Source: Ignavibacteriota bacterium
Lineage (GTDB): Bacteria > Bacteroidota > Ignavibacteria > UBA10030
Direction of reading: 5' to 3'
NCBI GenBank assembly: GCA_963701295.1
Contig: OY969585.1
Coordinates: forward strand, 1,920,001 to 1,984,000
DNA length: 64,000 bases
Part shown: piece after piece, positions 10,601-19,501 of the stretch
Position numbering within the stretch: position 1 is the first letter of the stretch
How the letters are laid out: each line of letters starts with the position of its first letter
Program-made: the position numbers and the translations under genes
Notes under the pieces: generated by a model
Told to the model about the DNA's origin: nothing
What the model saw: the letters and a program-made list of their open reading frames with translations, nothing else
The model's database searches: none

Positions 10601-11052
10601 ATCCTAAGATATTTACAGGACCAGTGACGTACACTGGGATGCAGAGTGCAGTGACGAACAACTTGATTATCTACGTGACCAACTACAATGGCGAAACTAT
10701 TTATGGTCAAAGTAAGCCTATCGTTGCAAGGGTTGGTGTATCAGTTGATAAGCAAAAGGATTTGCCGACAGTATATGCTTTGTCGCAGAACTATCCAAAT
10801 CCGTTTAACCCAACAACAAACATTAAGTTTGATATTCCGCAAAACAGTAATGTGAAGATCATGATCTATGATATGCTTGGACGTGAAGTTGCAACACTTG
10901 TGAATGCAAACTACGCGCCTGGCCATTATACAGTACCATTTAATGCAAGCCAGTTGGCAAGTGGTATGTATATTTATCGTATGACTTCGCAATCAGTGAG
11001 TGGCGACCAAAAACTGTTTACGAGTACCAAGAAGTTAATGTTGGTGAAGTAA
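7699..11052 (+). CDS. Large T9SS-secreted Ig-repeat surface protein, S-layer candidate
   Basis: Sec signal peptide (..LLA|QT); Thr/Ala/Gly/Val/Ser rich with no Cys; repeated D-x-[YF]-x-N Big_1-like motifs; C-terminal T9SS type A CTD (YALSQNYPNPFNPTT..YDMLGREV..KKLMLVK). GGAGG RBS. Confidence 0.88.
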   Translation: MFTKKLLKLGALLVVFGVLSLVSTSGLLAQTVDSMTVARDTISIPLQNVALASQTATAISTIKFKIIPGAPVVVGDSVVISLGSNFKFSAADSVTVTTSGHGVTFGLSVTGKAGAKANGFIDLTLTAVAGSGDTVTITGAKVLPIASVASNGSTTLDPMIVNLYHGTGIQSTAPYLKRLILLPGAFYKVQAAPVPVPTTIIAGTGQVVVTSVLQDYFANTIIDTTSYATPTAVLASDGTSPGNGTLTTVGQYHSAMGTAKQGFTYSKAENIQIKLSGSGGSANTATITVNQGGAANISVALQSTTEAITVDQTIVYTVTVTDAFFNPIPGQTVVGTEKTAHGGALVMSGVTDAAGHTTATFTPSKFFVGTDTLVFTDGATQSRIISISPGAVGGIIVDYAGTASGSAVTEAIAAGTIVYARGFLRDSYGNPIDAASASTVTFSITGLSGKNTVLGTAVLTTAVTESQYPNTSKTAIGVAIPYTVSSNVRGIVDSVRATSGTYSLTITIQNRSNVPSIVKFNQTPVPAKQSIAIFDSSLVVSNYSNFINFTDTTWDQYNNLVTAPAATGYTVAPLRTAYKIYFSTLGNAKFVRSADTTVADTLYPSAGIVNRTVNSSKTAGIDTLKSWSAASNSVSIPVWVTPAAYAKLVITPHTDTLAIAGKPETLIVEKQDTYGNHIDWGLAGANARGNSPASYTKPTTGTIYADSLALVTDTVTTGHNRGGTVVKATTTGSAGIASIGGSLKMTVKFTPYTASADTQKFYVSLAGGSNDTALVRSRLTGPLANFLVEIAAADSAKFAGDSVGVTITARDAGTNRIYTYVTAGQVFKLNNSAVNPIAPQDTTYNFSYVDKNGKYVKTTGGSTIPDTIFIQGQAIIKLRKFTAETAINTVTVIGGSARGTSATGSYFKPLDPTVAGFWSVTTRDTVNVGQAFNYTITPRDKWYNVNTTYQNFATVSANQGATFNEGGNPKIFTGPVTYTGMQSAVTNNLIIYVTNYNGETIYGQSKPIVARVGVSVDKQKDLPTVYALSQNYPNPFNPTTNIKFDIPQNSNVKIMIYDMLGREVATLVNANYAPGHYTVPFNASQLASGMYIYRMTSQSVSGDQKLFTSTKKLMLVK

Positions 11053-11074
11053 TTGCAATGAAGATGTAAATCTC

Positions 11075-11103
11075 ATAAGGGCAGATTCGCCGTCTGCCCT
11101 TAT
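11075..11103 (+). terminator. Hairpin terminator 1 after the secreted protein gene
   Basis: ATAAGGGCAGA-loop-TCTGCCCTTAT. Confidence 0.7.
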
Positions 11104-11154
11104 TGTATTGTTCATTGTCGTTATTGTTTATTTCTTCTGGGATGTATTATTTCG

Positions 11155-11185
11155 AAAGGGCAGACTTCAAGTCTGCCCTTTTTTT
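11155..11185 (+). terminator. Intrinsic terminator 2
   Basis: AAAGGGCAGAC-TTCAA-GTCTGCCCTTT followed by a T run. Confidence 0.85.
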
Positions 11186-11277
11186 ATTCATTGTATTGGT
11201 TGTTTATTTCTCTAGAATTGCTCTCCACCTCTTTCTTTCGTAAATTAATACAGTTTTGAGTTACCGATTGTTGAGTT

Positions 11278-14200
11278 ATGAATTCTTTTCTTAACATACT
11301 AAAACAAAAAATCATCGTCTTTGATGGTGCGACAGGAACACATTTGCAGGGGCAAAACCTTACTACAGATGACTTTGGTGGTGAGCACCTTGCCGGATGC
11401 AATGAGTATCTTGTTGTCTCCAAGCCGTCTGCTGTGGAGAATGTACATCGCGATTACTTAGAAGCGGGTTGCGATGTTATAGAGACGAATTCTTTCGGCG
11501 GCGCGAGTATTGTGTTGGCAGAGTATGGTTTACAGGATCGAGCGTATGAGTTGAACTTCAAAGCTGCACAAATTGCAAGGCGGATTGCTCAGGATTATTC
11601 TAATAATGGACATCGGCGGTTCGTTGCCGGTTCAATAGGACCGACGACGAAGCTGCCTTCGCTTGGACATATTAGCTTCAAAGAAATGGCAGGGTCGTTT
11701 CACGAGCAGGCAAAAGGTTTAGTCGAAGGCGGTGTGGATCTGTTGTGCGTCGAGACATGTCAGGATGTCCTCCAGGCAAAGTCGGCGCTGTATGGTATCT
11801 TCGAATATTTTGAGCAAGCACATCGTCACGTTCCTGTCATTGTTTCTGTGACAATCGAATCGACGGGAACAATGCTGCTTGGCACAGAAATTTCTGCCGC
11901 GCTAATGAGTCTTGAACCTTATGACATCGATGTCATCGGGATTAATTGTGCAACCGGTCCAAAAGAAATGTCTGAGCATGTACGGACATTGGTCGAGAGT
12001 AGTCCAAAGCCGGTCTTTGTGATGCCAAACGCGGGGATGCCAGAAAATATCGGCGGACATGCGCATTATCATTTGACGCCGGACGAAATGGCACAGTATC
12101 TTTCACACTTTGTCAAGGATCTTGGTGTCAGTGTCGTTGGCGGCTGCTGTGGTACAACGCAGGACCATATCCGAAAGTTAGTCAAAATAGTTGGTCATCT
12201 CGCTCCGAAGAAGCGCGCGTATGATTTTATTCCGGGCGCATCGAGTTTGTATCAGTCTGCACCGTTCCGAGTTGAGAATCCGCCTGCACTTATTGGAGAG
12301 CGTACGAATGCCAACGGGAGCAAACTTTTTCGCGACCTCTTAGCGAAGGAGGATTGGGAAAGCATCGTTGCAATGGGGCGTGATCAGGCAAAGGAAGGGG
12401 CGCATATGCTTGATGTCTGTGCGGCATATGTTGGACGAAACGAAGCAGCAGACATGCATGAGATTATTACACGTTTTAACAAGCAGATTGCCATTCCATT
12501 GGTCATCGATTCTACAGAAGCAAATGTTATCGAAGAAGCACTTCAGTGTATCGCGGGCAAAGCAGTCATCAACTCCATTAATATGGAAGACGGCGAAGAA
12601 CGCATCAACAAGATTGTGCCGCTCTGCAAAAAGTACGGCGCTGCTGTTATCGCGCTTACGATCGATGAACAGGGTATGGCAAAGACAGCAGAGTCTAAAC
12701 TTGCTATTGCCAAACGGATATATGATCTTGTCGTTAAAAAATACGGAATGAAGCCGCACGATCTCATCTTTGACACACTGACGTTTACACTTGGTTCGGG
12801 AGATGAAGAATTCCGCCGTTCGGCAATAGAGACCATCAAGTCAATCCGACTTATCAAAAAAGAATTTCCGGACGTTCATACATCGCTGGGTGTAAGTAAT
12901 GTTTCATTTGGTTTGTCTCCGGTATCACGTCAGGTGTTGAACAGCGTATTCTTGCACTATGCCATTGAAGCCGGACTTGATATGGCAATTGTCCATGCAT
13001 CTAAAATTTTCCCGCTCTATAAAATCGATGAGAAGGGACGCGAACTTGCGCGGCAGCTCGTGTTTGATGAACGACGTTTTGAAGGCGAAGGTGAAAAAAA
13101 GAGACTCGTCTTTGATCCGTTAACGGAATTTATGGCGCATTTTGCCGGTAAGAAAAAGGAAGACAAAGAGTCGAAAATTGTTAGCGGCACTATTGAGGAA
13201 CGGTTGAAGAACCGAATTATTGACGGAAACAAAGTCGGAATGAATTCCGATCTTGATGAAGCGCTCAAGCATTATTCTCCTTTGGAAATTATTAACACAT
13301 TTTTGCTAGATGGGATGAAGGTCGTTGGCGATCTCTTTGGTTCTGGACAGATGCAGCTGCCCTTTGTGCTTCAATCAGCGGAAGTGATGAAATCTGCAGT
13401 GGCATACCTTGAACCGCTTATGGAAAAGAACGAAGGGAGCCAAAAGGGCACGATGGTGATTGCCACGGTAAAAGGAGACGTGCATGACATTGGTAAAAAT
13501 CTTGTGGACATTATCTTAACGAATAATGGCTACAAGGTGGTTAATCTCGGAATTAAATGTCCGATAGAGACAATGATCCATGCGTCAGAGGAGCACCATG
13601 CTGACGCTATAGGAATGAGCGGATTACTGGTGAAGTCGACGCTCGTCATGAAAGAAAACCTGGAAGTCTTGAACGAGCAAAACGTCACTATTCCTGTAAT
13701 CCTTGGCGGTGCGGCGCTAACACGACGATATGTCGAACAGGATTTAAAATCGGTGTACAAAGGACAAGTTTTCTACGCGAATGATGCTTTTGACGGCTTG
13801 CATCTGATGGAGGAGATAAAGACTAACAAGTTTCAAGTTGCAAGTAAAAAAGATGATGTAATGGAAGAGATCGATGAGGAGGTACTGATTGGTACAGAAG
13901 CGAAGATTGCACTGATGCTTGCGGAAGGCGAAAAGATGCCAAAGCGATTAAAGATCCAGACCGACGTTGAAATTCCAACACCGCCGTTCTGGGGGTCGAA
14001 AGTGAGAGAAGATATTTCGTTAGATGAAATATTTGCGTTTGTCAACGAAACAGCGCTGATTCGTGGACAGTGGCGCATTACTCGCGGCAAGAGAAGTGAA
14101 AAAGAATACCAAAAGATTCTTAAAGAACGGATTTATCCCGAGTTGGAAGTGATGAAATCCAAAGCGAAAAACTATAAACTGCTTCAACCGAAGGTGGTGT

Positions 14201-14835
14201 ACGGATACTTCCCGTGTCAGTCGGATGGAAATGATTTAATTATTTATAACCCAAAAGAAGTTAGGAGTAAGGAGTTGCAAGTTGATAAAACTCAAAGACT
14301 CAAAACTCAAAACTCAAAACTTCTTCCTCTCACAGAATGGCTGCGTTTCTCTTTCCCGCGCCAGAAAGACGACAGATTTCTGTGCATCAGTGATTATTTT
14401 GCACCGGCGAGTTCCGGGAGAGTCGATGTTGTTGCTTTCCATATGGTAACAATGGGAAAAGCCGCTTCTGAATACTCAAAGAAGCTCTTTGATTCAAATG
14501 AATATAAGGAGTATCTGTATTTCCATGGATTGAGTGTTGAATCTGCGGAAGCGCTTGCAGAACTGTGTCACAAAAAGATTCGAGAAGAGCTGGGAATTGC
14601 CGGTAAAGATGCACCGGAGATCAAACGGTTGTTCAGTCAAGGATATCAAGGTTCGCGGTTCAGCTTCGGTTATCCGGCTTGTCCCAATTTGGAAGACCAC
14701 GTTAAACTCTTTGAGTTATTGAAGCCGGAACGCATTGGCGTCACTATGACGGATGGGTTCATGTTGAATCCTGAGCAATCGACAGATGCGATTATTGTTC
14801 ATCATCCCGAAGCCAGGTATTTTAATATAAAATAA
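11278..14835 (+). CDS. metH: Cobalamin-dependent methionine synthase
   Basis: Homocysteine domain (FDGATGT, GGCCGT), pterin domain (IGERTNANGSK), B12-binding DVHDIGKN, activation domain (RFSFGYPACP). Confidence 0.97.
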   Translation: MNSFLNILKQKIIVFDGATGTHLQGQNLTTDDFGGEHLAGCNEYLVVSKPSAVENVHRDYLEAGCDVIETNSFGGASIVLAEYGLQDRAYELNFKAAQIARRIAQDYSNNGHRRFVAGSIGPTTKLPSLGHISFKEMAGSFHEQAKGLVEGGVDLLCVETCQDVLQAKSALYGIFEYFEQAHRHVPVIVSVTIESTGTMLLGTEISAALMSLEPYDIDVIGINCATGPKEMSEHVRTLVESSPKPVFVMPNAGMPENIGGHAHYHLTPDEMAQYLSHFVKDLGVSVVGGCCGTTQDHIRKLVKIVGHLAPKKRAYDFIPGASSLYQSAPFRVENPPALIGERTNANGSKLFRDLLAKEDWESIVAMGRDQAKEGAHMLDVCAAYVGRNEAADMHEIITRFNKQIAIPLVIDSTEANVIEEALQCIAGKAVINSINMEDGEERINKIVPLCKKYGAAVIALTIDEQGMAKTAESKLAIAKRIYDLVVKKYGMKPHDLIFDTLTFTLGSGDEEFRRSAIETIKSIRLIKKEFPDVHTSLGVSNVSFGLSPVSRQVLNSVFLHYAIEAGLDMAIVHASKIFPLYKIDEKGRELARQLVFDERRFEGEGEKKRLVFDPLTEFMAHFAGKKKEDKESKIVSGTIEERLKNRIIDGNKVGMNSDLDEALKHYSPLEIINTFLLDGMKVVGDLFGSGQMQLPFVLQSAEVMKSAVAYLEPLMEKNEGSQKGTMVIATVKGDVHDIGKNLVDIILTNNGYKVVNLGIKCPIETMIHASEEHHADAIGMSGLLVKSTLVMKENLEVLNEQNVTIPVILGGAALTRRYVEQDLKSVYKGQVFYANDAFDGLHLMEEIKTNKFQVASKKDDVMEEIDEEVLIGTEAKIALMLAEGEKMPKRLKIQTDVEIPTPPFWGSKVREDISLDEIFAFVNETALIRGQWRITRGKRSEKEYQKILKERIYPELEVMKSKAKNYKLLQPKVVYGYFPCQSDGNDLIIYNPKEVRSKELQVDKTQRLKTQNSKLLPLTEWLRFSFPRQKDDRFLCISDYFAPASSGRVDVVAFHMVTMGKAASEYSKKLFDSNEYKEYLYFHGLSVESAEALAELCHKKIREELGIAGKDAPEIKRLFSQGYQGSRFSFGYPACPNLEDHVKLFELLKPERIGVTMTDGFMLNPEQSTDAIIVHHPEARYFNIK
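14256..14322. repeat. Heptamer tandem repeats inserted in frame in metH
   Basis: AGAAGTT AGGAGTA AGGAGTT GCAAGTT followed by about five AAAACTC units; the two halves are roughly complementary. Confidence 0.7.
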
Positions 14836-14957
14836 GTAATGAGTTCGAGTTGCCGGTATTTAAGTAAATTCATCTATCTTTTAAAACTGGATACTAGAAA
14901 ACTTGAAACAAATAACCATTAACAATCAACATCACATAGAACACAAGGGAAAAAAAC

Positions 14958-15593
14958 ATGCCAAATCTTATTCTCATTAGACATGGTGAATCACAATGGA
15001 ATCTTGAAAATCGTTTTACCGGTTGGGTAGATATTCCTCTTTCGCCAAAAGGCGAACAGGAAGCAAAGCAAGCTGGAGAAAAACTCAAAGGATATAAATT
15101 CGACAAAGGATATACTTCGGTCCTCAAGCGCGCGATCAAGACACTGGATATTATCCTCAACATTATCGGTCAATCCAAGCTTCCTTTGGAGCGCGACAAA
15201 GCGTTGAACGAACGCCACTATGGAGCACTGCAAGGCTTAAATAAAGCAGATATTGGAAAAAAATACGGTGAAGAGCAATTGAAAATCTGGCGCCGAAGCT
15301 ATGATGTTCCCCCTCCAAAAGATGTAACGGAACTGAATCCCGACGGTATCAGCGAGAGCTTGAAAGACACTGCAGCGAGAACACTTCCGTACTTTGAAGC
15401 GAAGATTCTACCAGATGTACTTGCTGGCAAAAATGTAATCGTCGCAGCGCATGGGAATAGCTTACGCTCGATCGTGATGAAGCTTGACAATCTTACCAAA
15501 GAACAAGTGGTGGAACTTAATATTCCCACTGGTGTTCCATTATTATATGTGTACGATAACAAAGGAAACATCACAGAGCACCGATATTTGTAA
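14958..15593 (+). CDS. gpmA: 2,3-bisphosphoglycerate-dependent phosphoglycerate mutase
   Basis: [30 protein letters not shown]. Confidence 0.96.
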   Translation: MPNLILIRHGESQWNLENRFTGWVDIPLSPKGEQEAKQAGEKLKGYKFDKGYTSVLKRAIKTLDIILNIIGQSKLPLERDKALNERHYGALQGLNKADIGKKYGEEQLKIWRRSYDVPPPKDVTELNPDGISESLKDTAARTLPYFEAKILPDVLAGKNVIVAAHGNSLRSIVMKLDNLTKEQVVELNIPTGVPLLYVYDNKGNITEHRYL

Positions 15594-15745
15594 GAAATCG
15601 CCGTTTTTTTAACGGACTTTCTGCTTGCATTTCGGTTGTCTCTTTCGCATATTCGATGCGTCAAAATGTAGAGTAATAATTGTCGTAACACACTTTGTGA
15701 ACGAGGCAACTCATTACGTAGGTTTATTTATTAAGGAGATATGTC

Positions 15746-16084
15746 ATGTCAACGAAAATCACTGAAGAATGTATTAATTGCGGTGCTTGCGAACCAGAAT
15801 GCCCCAATACAGCAATTTATTCCGGCGGTACGCCCTATGAATTAGGCGGAAAAACCTTTGATGCACTTTCGAACGATTTTTACTATATCGTTCCAGAAAA
15901 ATGCACCGAGTGTGTTGGTCATTTTGATCAAGAGCAATGTGCAGCTGTTTGTCCGGTTGATTGTTGTGTTCCGAATCCGGATCATACCGAAACGGAGGAT
16001 CAGTTACTTGCAAAAGCAAAGAAGATTCATCCTGAGAAGACTTTTGCCGAGTTGAGCGCGGCAACATCGCGTTTCCGGAAGTAG
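15746..16084 (+). CDS. YfhL-family 4Fe-4S dicluster ferredoxin
   Basis: CINCGACEPECP and CTECVGH..QCAAVCPVDCC. Confidence 0.92.
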   Translation: MSTKITEECINCGACEPECPNTAIYSGGTPYELGGKTFDALSNDFYYIVPEKCTECVGHFDQEQCAAVCPVDCCVPNPDHTETEDQLLAKAKKIHPEKTFAELSAATSRFRK

Positions 16085-16103
16085 AACAGAATATTAGTCA
16101 AAG

Positions 16104-16139
16104 GAGTCGGTTCTTCTTAATAGAGGAACCGACTTTTTT
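16104..16139 (+). terminator. Intrinsic terminator after ferredoxin
   Basis: AGTCGGTTC..GAACCGACT plus T run. Confidence 0.85.
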
Positions 16140-16181
16140 GTTTCTGGTGTTGCATGCGTTTGGAATTGTAGTTATGAAGAT

Positions 16182-16523
16182 ATGAAAATCGAAGAATTTG
16201 AACGAATTGCCAGAATAGGTGAAGTAACTCCGGCGCGGCCAAAACGTGTGACGGTAGAAGCACGTGAGAAAGTGCTCTTTCGAGTAGGTGATCAAATCTT
16301 CGCTGTTGAAAATCTCCACTCCCATCAGCATTTTTCTGTGTTTCATCAAGGTGTGCTGGATGGCTACACAATCACATGCCCGATGCACACTTGGAGTTTT
16401 GACATTCGGAGTGGAAAAGCCGTAAATGGAAGCGGGCGAATAAGAACATTTGAACTTTGTATTGATGGAAATGAAGTGCTGATAAAGAATTCGGAAGCCG
16501 AACAAAAGTTTTCAGACTTCTGA
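16182..16523 (+). CDS. Rieske-type ferredoxin with atypical first ligand box (HxH)
   Basis: IFAVENLHSHQ..ITCPMHTWSFDIRSGK Rieske signature; the first Cys is replaced by His. Confidence 0.82.
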   Translation: MKIEEFERIARIGEVTPARPKRVTVEAREKVLFRVGDQIFAVENLHSHQHFSVFHQGVLDGYTITCPMHTWSFDIRSGKAVNGSGRIRTFELCIDGNEVLIKNSEAEQKFSDF

Positions 16524-16526
16524 TAG

Positions 16527-17474
16527 ATGCCTATGGTGTCCTCATTTACCAATCTTCTTAAATCGCGAGCACTTGAACTTGGATTTTCCAAAGTCGGAAT
16601 TGCACGAGCTGAGTCATTGGCCGAAAAAGGAGTGCGACTGCGAGAATGGCTTGCAAAAGGTTATCATGGAACAATGCAATGGATGGAACGTGAGATGGAG
16701 AAACGCGTCGATCCTTGTCTTATTTTTCCTCAAGTAAAATCAATTGTCTGTGTCGCGATGAACTATTATTCCCCGGGACAGCATTCTGATAATCCGGAGA
16801 TAGGCAAGATTTCACGTTACGCGTGGGGAGATGATTATCACTTGATAATGATAGAGCGCTTGGAAGAATTGCTAGGGTTTGTTAAATCAATAATTCATGG
16901 GGTCGCTGGTAAGCTCTATGTCGATACTGGACCGATGATGGATAAAGTTTGGGCTGTTCGGTCAGGAATTGGATGGATGGGCAAGCATGCCAACGTTATT
17001 ACTCGTGAATATAGTTCTTGGGTTTTCCTCGGGGAAATTTTGCTCGATGTGGACCTGGACTATGACGAGCCGATAACAGATCTTTGCGGAACGTGCACAG
17101 CTTGTATAGATGCATGCCCAACAAAAGCTATCATTCGACCGTATGTAGTGGATTCGAACAAATGCATTTCGTACCTGACTATTGAGCACCATGAAGCATT
17201 ACCGAAGAATCTTCTTCCTATGTTTCATCGGTGGGTGTATGGCTGCGATATTTGTCAGGATGTGTGTCCATGGAATCGATTTCAAAAAGGAACTAAGGAA
17301 TCCGCGTTTCATCCACGGCAAGAGAATATTGCTCCAAAATTGATCGAGCTTGCAGAAATGAGTCAGGAAGAATTCGGCCGGCGGTTTCGCCGAAGTTCCA
17401 TCAAGCGTACAAAGCGAACAGGATTAGTCCGGAATGCCAAAGGTGTACTTGAATCTGGAGAGAGTTCAGAGTAG
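16527..17474 (+). CDS. queG: Epoxyqueuosine reductase
   Basis: ISRYAWGDDYH, YVDTGP, CGTCTACIDACPT, YGCDICQDVCPWN. Confidence 0.95.
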   Translation: MPMVSSFTNLLKSRALELGFSKVGIARAESLAEKGVRLREWLAKGYHGTMQWMEREMEKRVDPCLIFPQVKSIVCVAMNYYSPGQHSDNPEIGKISRYAWGDDYHLIMIERLEELLGFVKSIIHGVAGKLYVDTGPMMDKVWAVRSGIGWMGKHANVITREYSSWVFLGEILLDVDLDYDEPITDLCGTCTACIDACPTKAIIRPYVVDSNKCISYLTIEHHEALPKNLLPMFHRWVYGCDICQDVCPWNRFQKGTKESAFHPRQENIAPKLIELAEMSQEEFGRRFRRSSIKRTKRTGLVRNAKGVLESGESSE

Positions 17475-17617
17475 ATTGCATACGAGCATTTCAAATAAAT
17501 AAAGTTCCAAACATCGATTATCAAACAAGAATCCAATTCCAAATGTTCAATAACTGAAAAACATGATATTTTTTATGTTTTGTTTTTTTATCCTTGAATT
17601 TTGTTTGCTATTATAAA

Positions 17618-18446
17618 GGTAATTAGGTAAGAATGTAACCATAGAATAATTGTAAGTATATTATTTTATGGCAAGTTCCAGTAAAATCAGTTACCATGAC
17701 AACTTTTTGAGTGGAAAGAAGTGTGTGTATTGTGGATCGTTCAACGTCTGTCGAACGAAACGCGGCTACGTAAAATGCAACAAGTGTCAAAGACAAAAAG
17801 GAAGTCATCTTCTTCGGCGAGAGTTGAAAATCATTCTTGGTTTTTATCAACAGCAACCGGCGTATCGATTGGCAAATGATCTTGGAATAAATTATAAAAC
17901 TGTTACCAGAGTCTATCAGCGCATTCGAGAAGCGATTTATCATGTGAGCGAACTTGAAGCTGGCAAGCTCAAAGGAGAAATAGAATTGGACGAAGCGTAT
18001 TTTGGTGGTCGTCGCAAAGGCAAACGAGGACGCGGTGCAGGCGGAAAAAGTATCGTTTTTGGGCTTCTGGAGCGCAATGGACGGGTCTATACTAAGATTG
18101 TTGATTCTGTCTCGGCCAATGAATTGATGGATCATATTCGACAACATACCAAGAAAGGATCGGTCTACTTCACGGACACCTTTCGTAGTTATCGCTCCTT
18201 GAAACGCTTTGGAAAACATCATACCATTAGTCATGGAAAGAAATTTCCGAAAACAAAGAATCATATTAATGGTATTGAAGGATTTTGGTCTTTTGCTAAA
18301 CATGTCTTATATAATTATCGCGGTGTTTCAAAATATCATTTTCCTATGTATCTTAAAGAAGTTGAATATCGTTTTAACCATCGCGATGACAATTTGTTGA
18401 AACTCTTTACTCTAATCTATTTCGGTTACGTTTCTACCTAATTACC
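17618..18446 (+). mobile_element. IS1595-family insertion sequence, 829 bp, intact
   Basis: 23-bp terminal IRs: GGTAATTAGGTAAGAATGTAACC (17618-17640) vs the reverse complement of 18424-18446, 20/23 identical. 8-bp direct repeat ATTATAAA at 17610-17617 and 18447-18454. Confidence 0.93.
17668..18441 (+). CDS. IS1595-family (ISXO2-like) DDE transposase
   Basis: Zn ribbon CVYC..CNKC, HTH, ELDEAYFGG, FTD, HINGIEGFWS, YLKEVEYRFN. Confidence 0.95.
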   Translation: MASSSKISYHDNFLSGKKCVYCGSFNVCRTKRGYVKCNKCQRQKGSHLLRRELKIILGFYQQQPAYRLANDLGINYKTVTRVYQRIREAIYHVSELEAGKLKGEIELDEAYFGGRRKGKRGRGAGGKSIVFGLLERNGRVYTKIVDSVSANELMDHIRQHTKKGSVYFTDTFRSYRSLKRFGKHHTISHGKKFPKTKNHINGIEGFWSFAKHVLYNYRGVSKYHFPMYLKEVEYRFNHRDDNLLKLFTLIYFGYVST

Positions 18447-18539
18447 ATTATAAATTATGATTGATTTTTAAAATATCCCGTATTGTAAAATATTGTGGAA
18501 ATTCACTAAATCATCAAATTACTAAATTGAAAATCGAAC

Positions 18540-19481
18540 ATGATTAATCATCATAAAGTTATCATTATCGGATCCGGACCTGCCGGACTCACTGCCGCTC
18601 TGTACGCAGGACGTGCTAATCTTGCTCCGCTCGTTTTTGAGGGACAACAACCCGGTGGACAATTGACAATTACCACAGATGTCGAAAACTATCCCGGATT
18701 TCCTGAAGGTGTGCAAGGTCCCGAACTGATGGATATTTTGCGCAAACAGGCACAACGGTTCCATGCTGAGACTGCATTCAAGTCTGTGGAGTCAGTTGAT
18801 TTTTCAAAACGCCCGTTCAAAGTGATTGCTGATGGTGGAGAATATTTTGCCGATGCACTCATCATCGCAACTGGAGCTTCTGCAAAGTGGATGAATATTC
18901 CATCGGAGGAAGAATATAAGGGATACGGAATATCTGCATGTGCAACGTGTGATGGGTTCTTTTTCCGGAATCAACATGTCGCTGTGGTAGGTGGGGGAGA
19001 TACAGCGCTCGAAGAAGCTTCCTACCTCACCAATCATGCTTCCAAGGTCACGATCATTCATCGCCGGAATGAGCTTCGCGCCTCCAAAGCGATGCAGGAA
19101 CGTGTGAAGAAAAATCCGAAGATAGATTTCATTTGGGATTCTGTCGTAGAAGCGGTAATTGGAATAAAAAATGCAGCTCCAAAGAAAATGACCGGACTGA
19201 AGCTCAGGAATGTGAAAACAGGCTCGATAACCGAATTCAAGTGCGACGGATTATTTCTTGGAATCGGGCACGAGCCAAATACAGCGCTCTTTAAAGGTGT
19301 TTTAGACATGGATAGTGTTGGATATCTGAAGACCAAACCATATGGAACAGCAACGAACATTCCTGGTGTGTTTGCTGCAGGAGATGTCGCCGACTCGAAA
19401 TATCGGCAAGCCATCAGCGCAGCCGGTACCGGTTGCATGGCAGCAATCGACGCAGAACGGTTTCTTGCTGAACATGAATAA
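18540..19481 (+). CDS. trxB: Thioredoxin-disulfide reductase
   Basis: IIGSGPAGLTAA, SACATCDG, VGGGDTA, FAAGDV. Confidence 0.97.
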   Translation: MINHHKVIIIGSGPAGLTAALYAGRANLAPLVFEGQQPGGQLTITTDVENYPGFPEGVQGPELMDILRKQAQRFHAETAFKSVESVDFSKRPFKVIADGGEYFADALIIATGASAKWMNIPSEEEYKGYGISACATCDGFFFRNQHVAVVGGGDTALEEASYLTNHASKVTIIHRRNELRASKAMQERVKKNPKIDFIWDSVVEAVIGIKNAAPKKMTGLKLRNVKTGSITEFKCDGLFLGIGHEPNTALFKGVLDMDSVGYLKTKPYGTATNIPGVFAAGDVADSKYRQAISAAGTGCMAAIDAERFLAEHE

Positions 19482-19501
19482 TAGAAATTAAAAAAATCAA
19501 A

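Noticed and set aside
11053-11277. SAM or cobalamin riboswitch upstream of metH
   Set aside because: The spacer is filled by two terminators and AT-rich sequence; no riboswitch core motifs are visible.
17623-18303. 226-aa antisense ORF within the IS
   Set aside because: Lies entirely opposite the transposase with no independent signal; treated as a shadow ORF.
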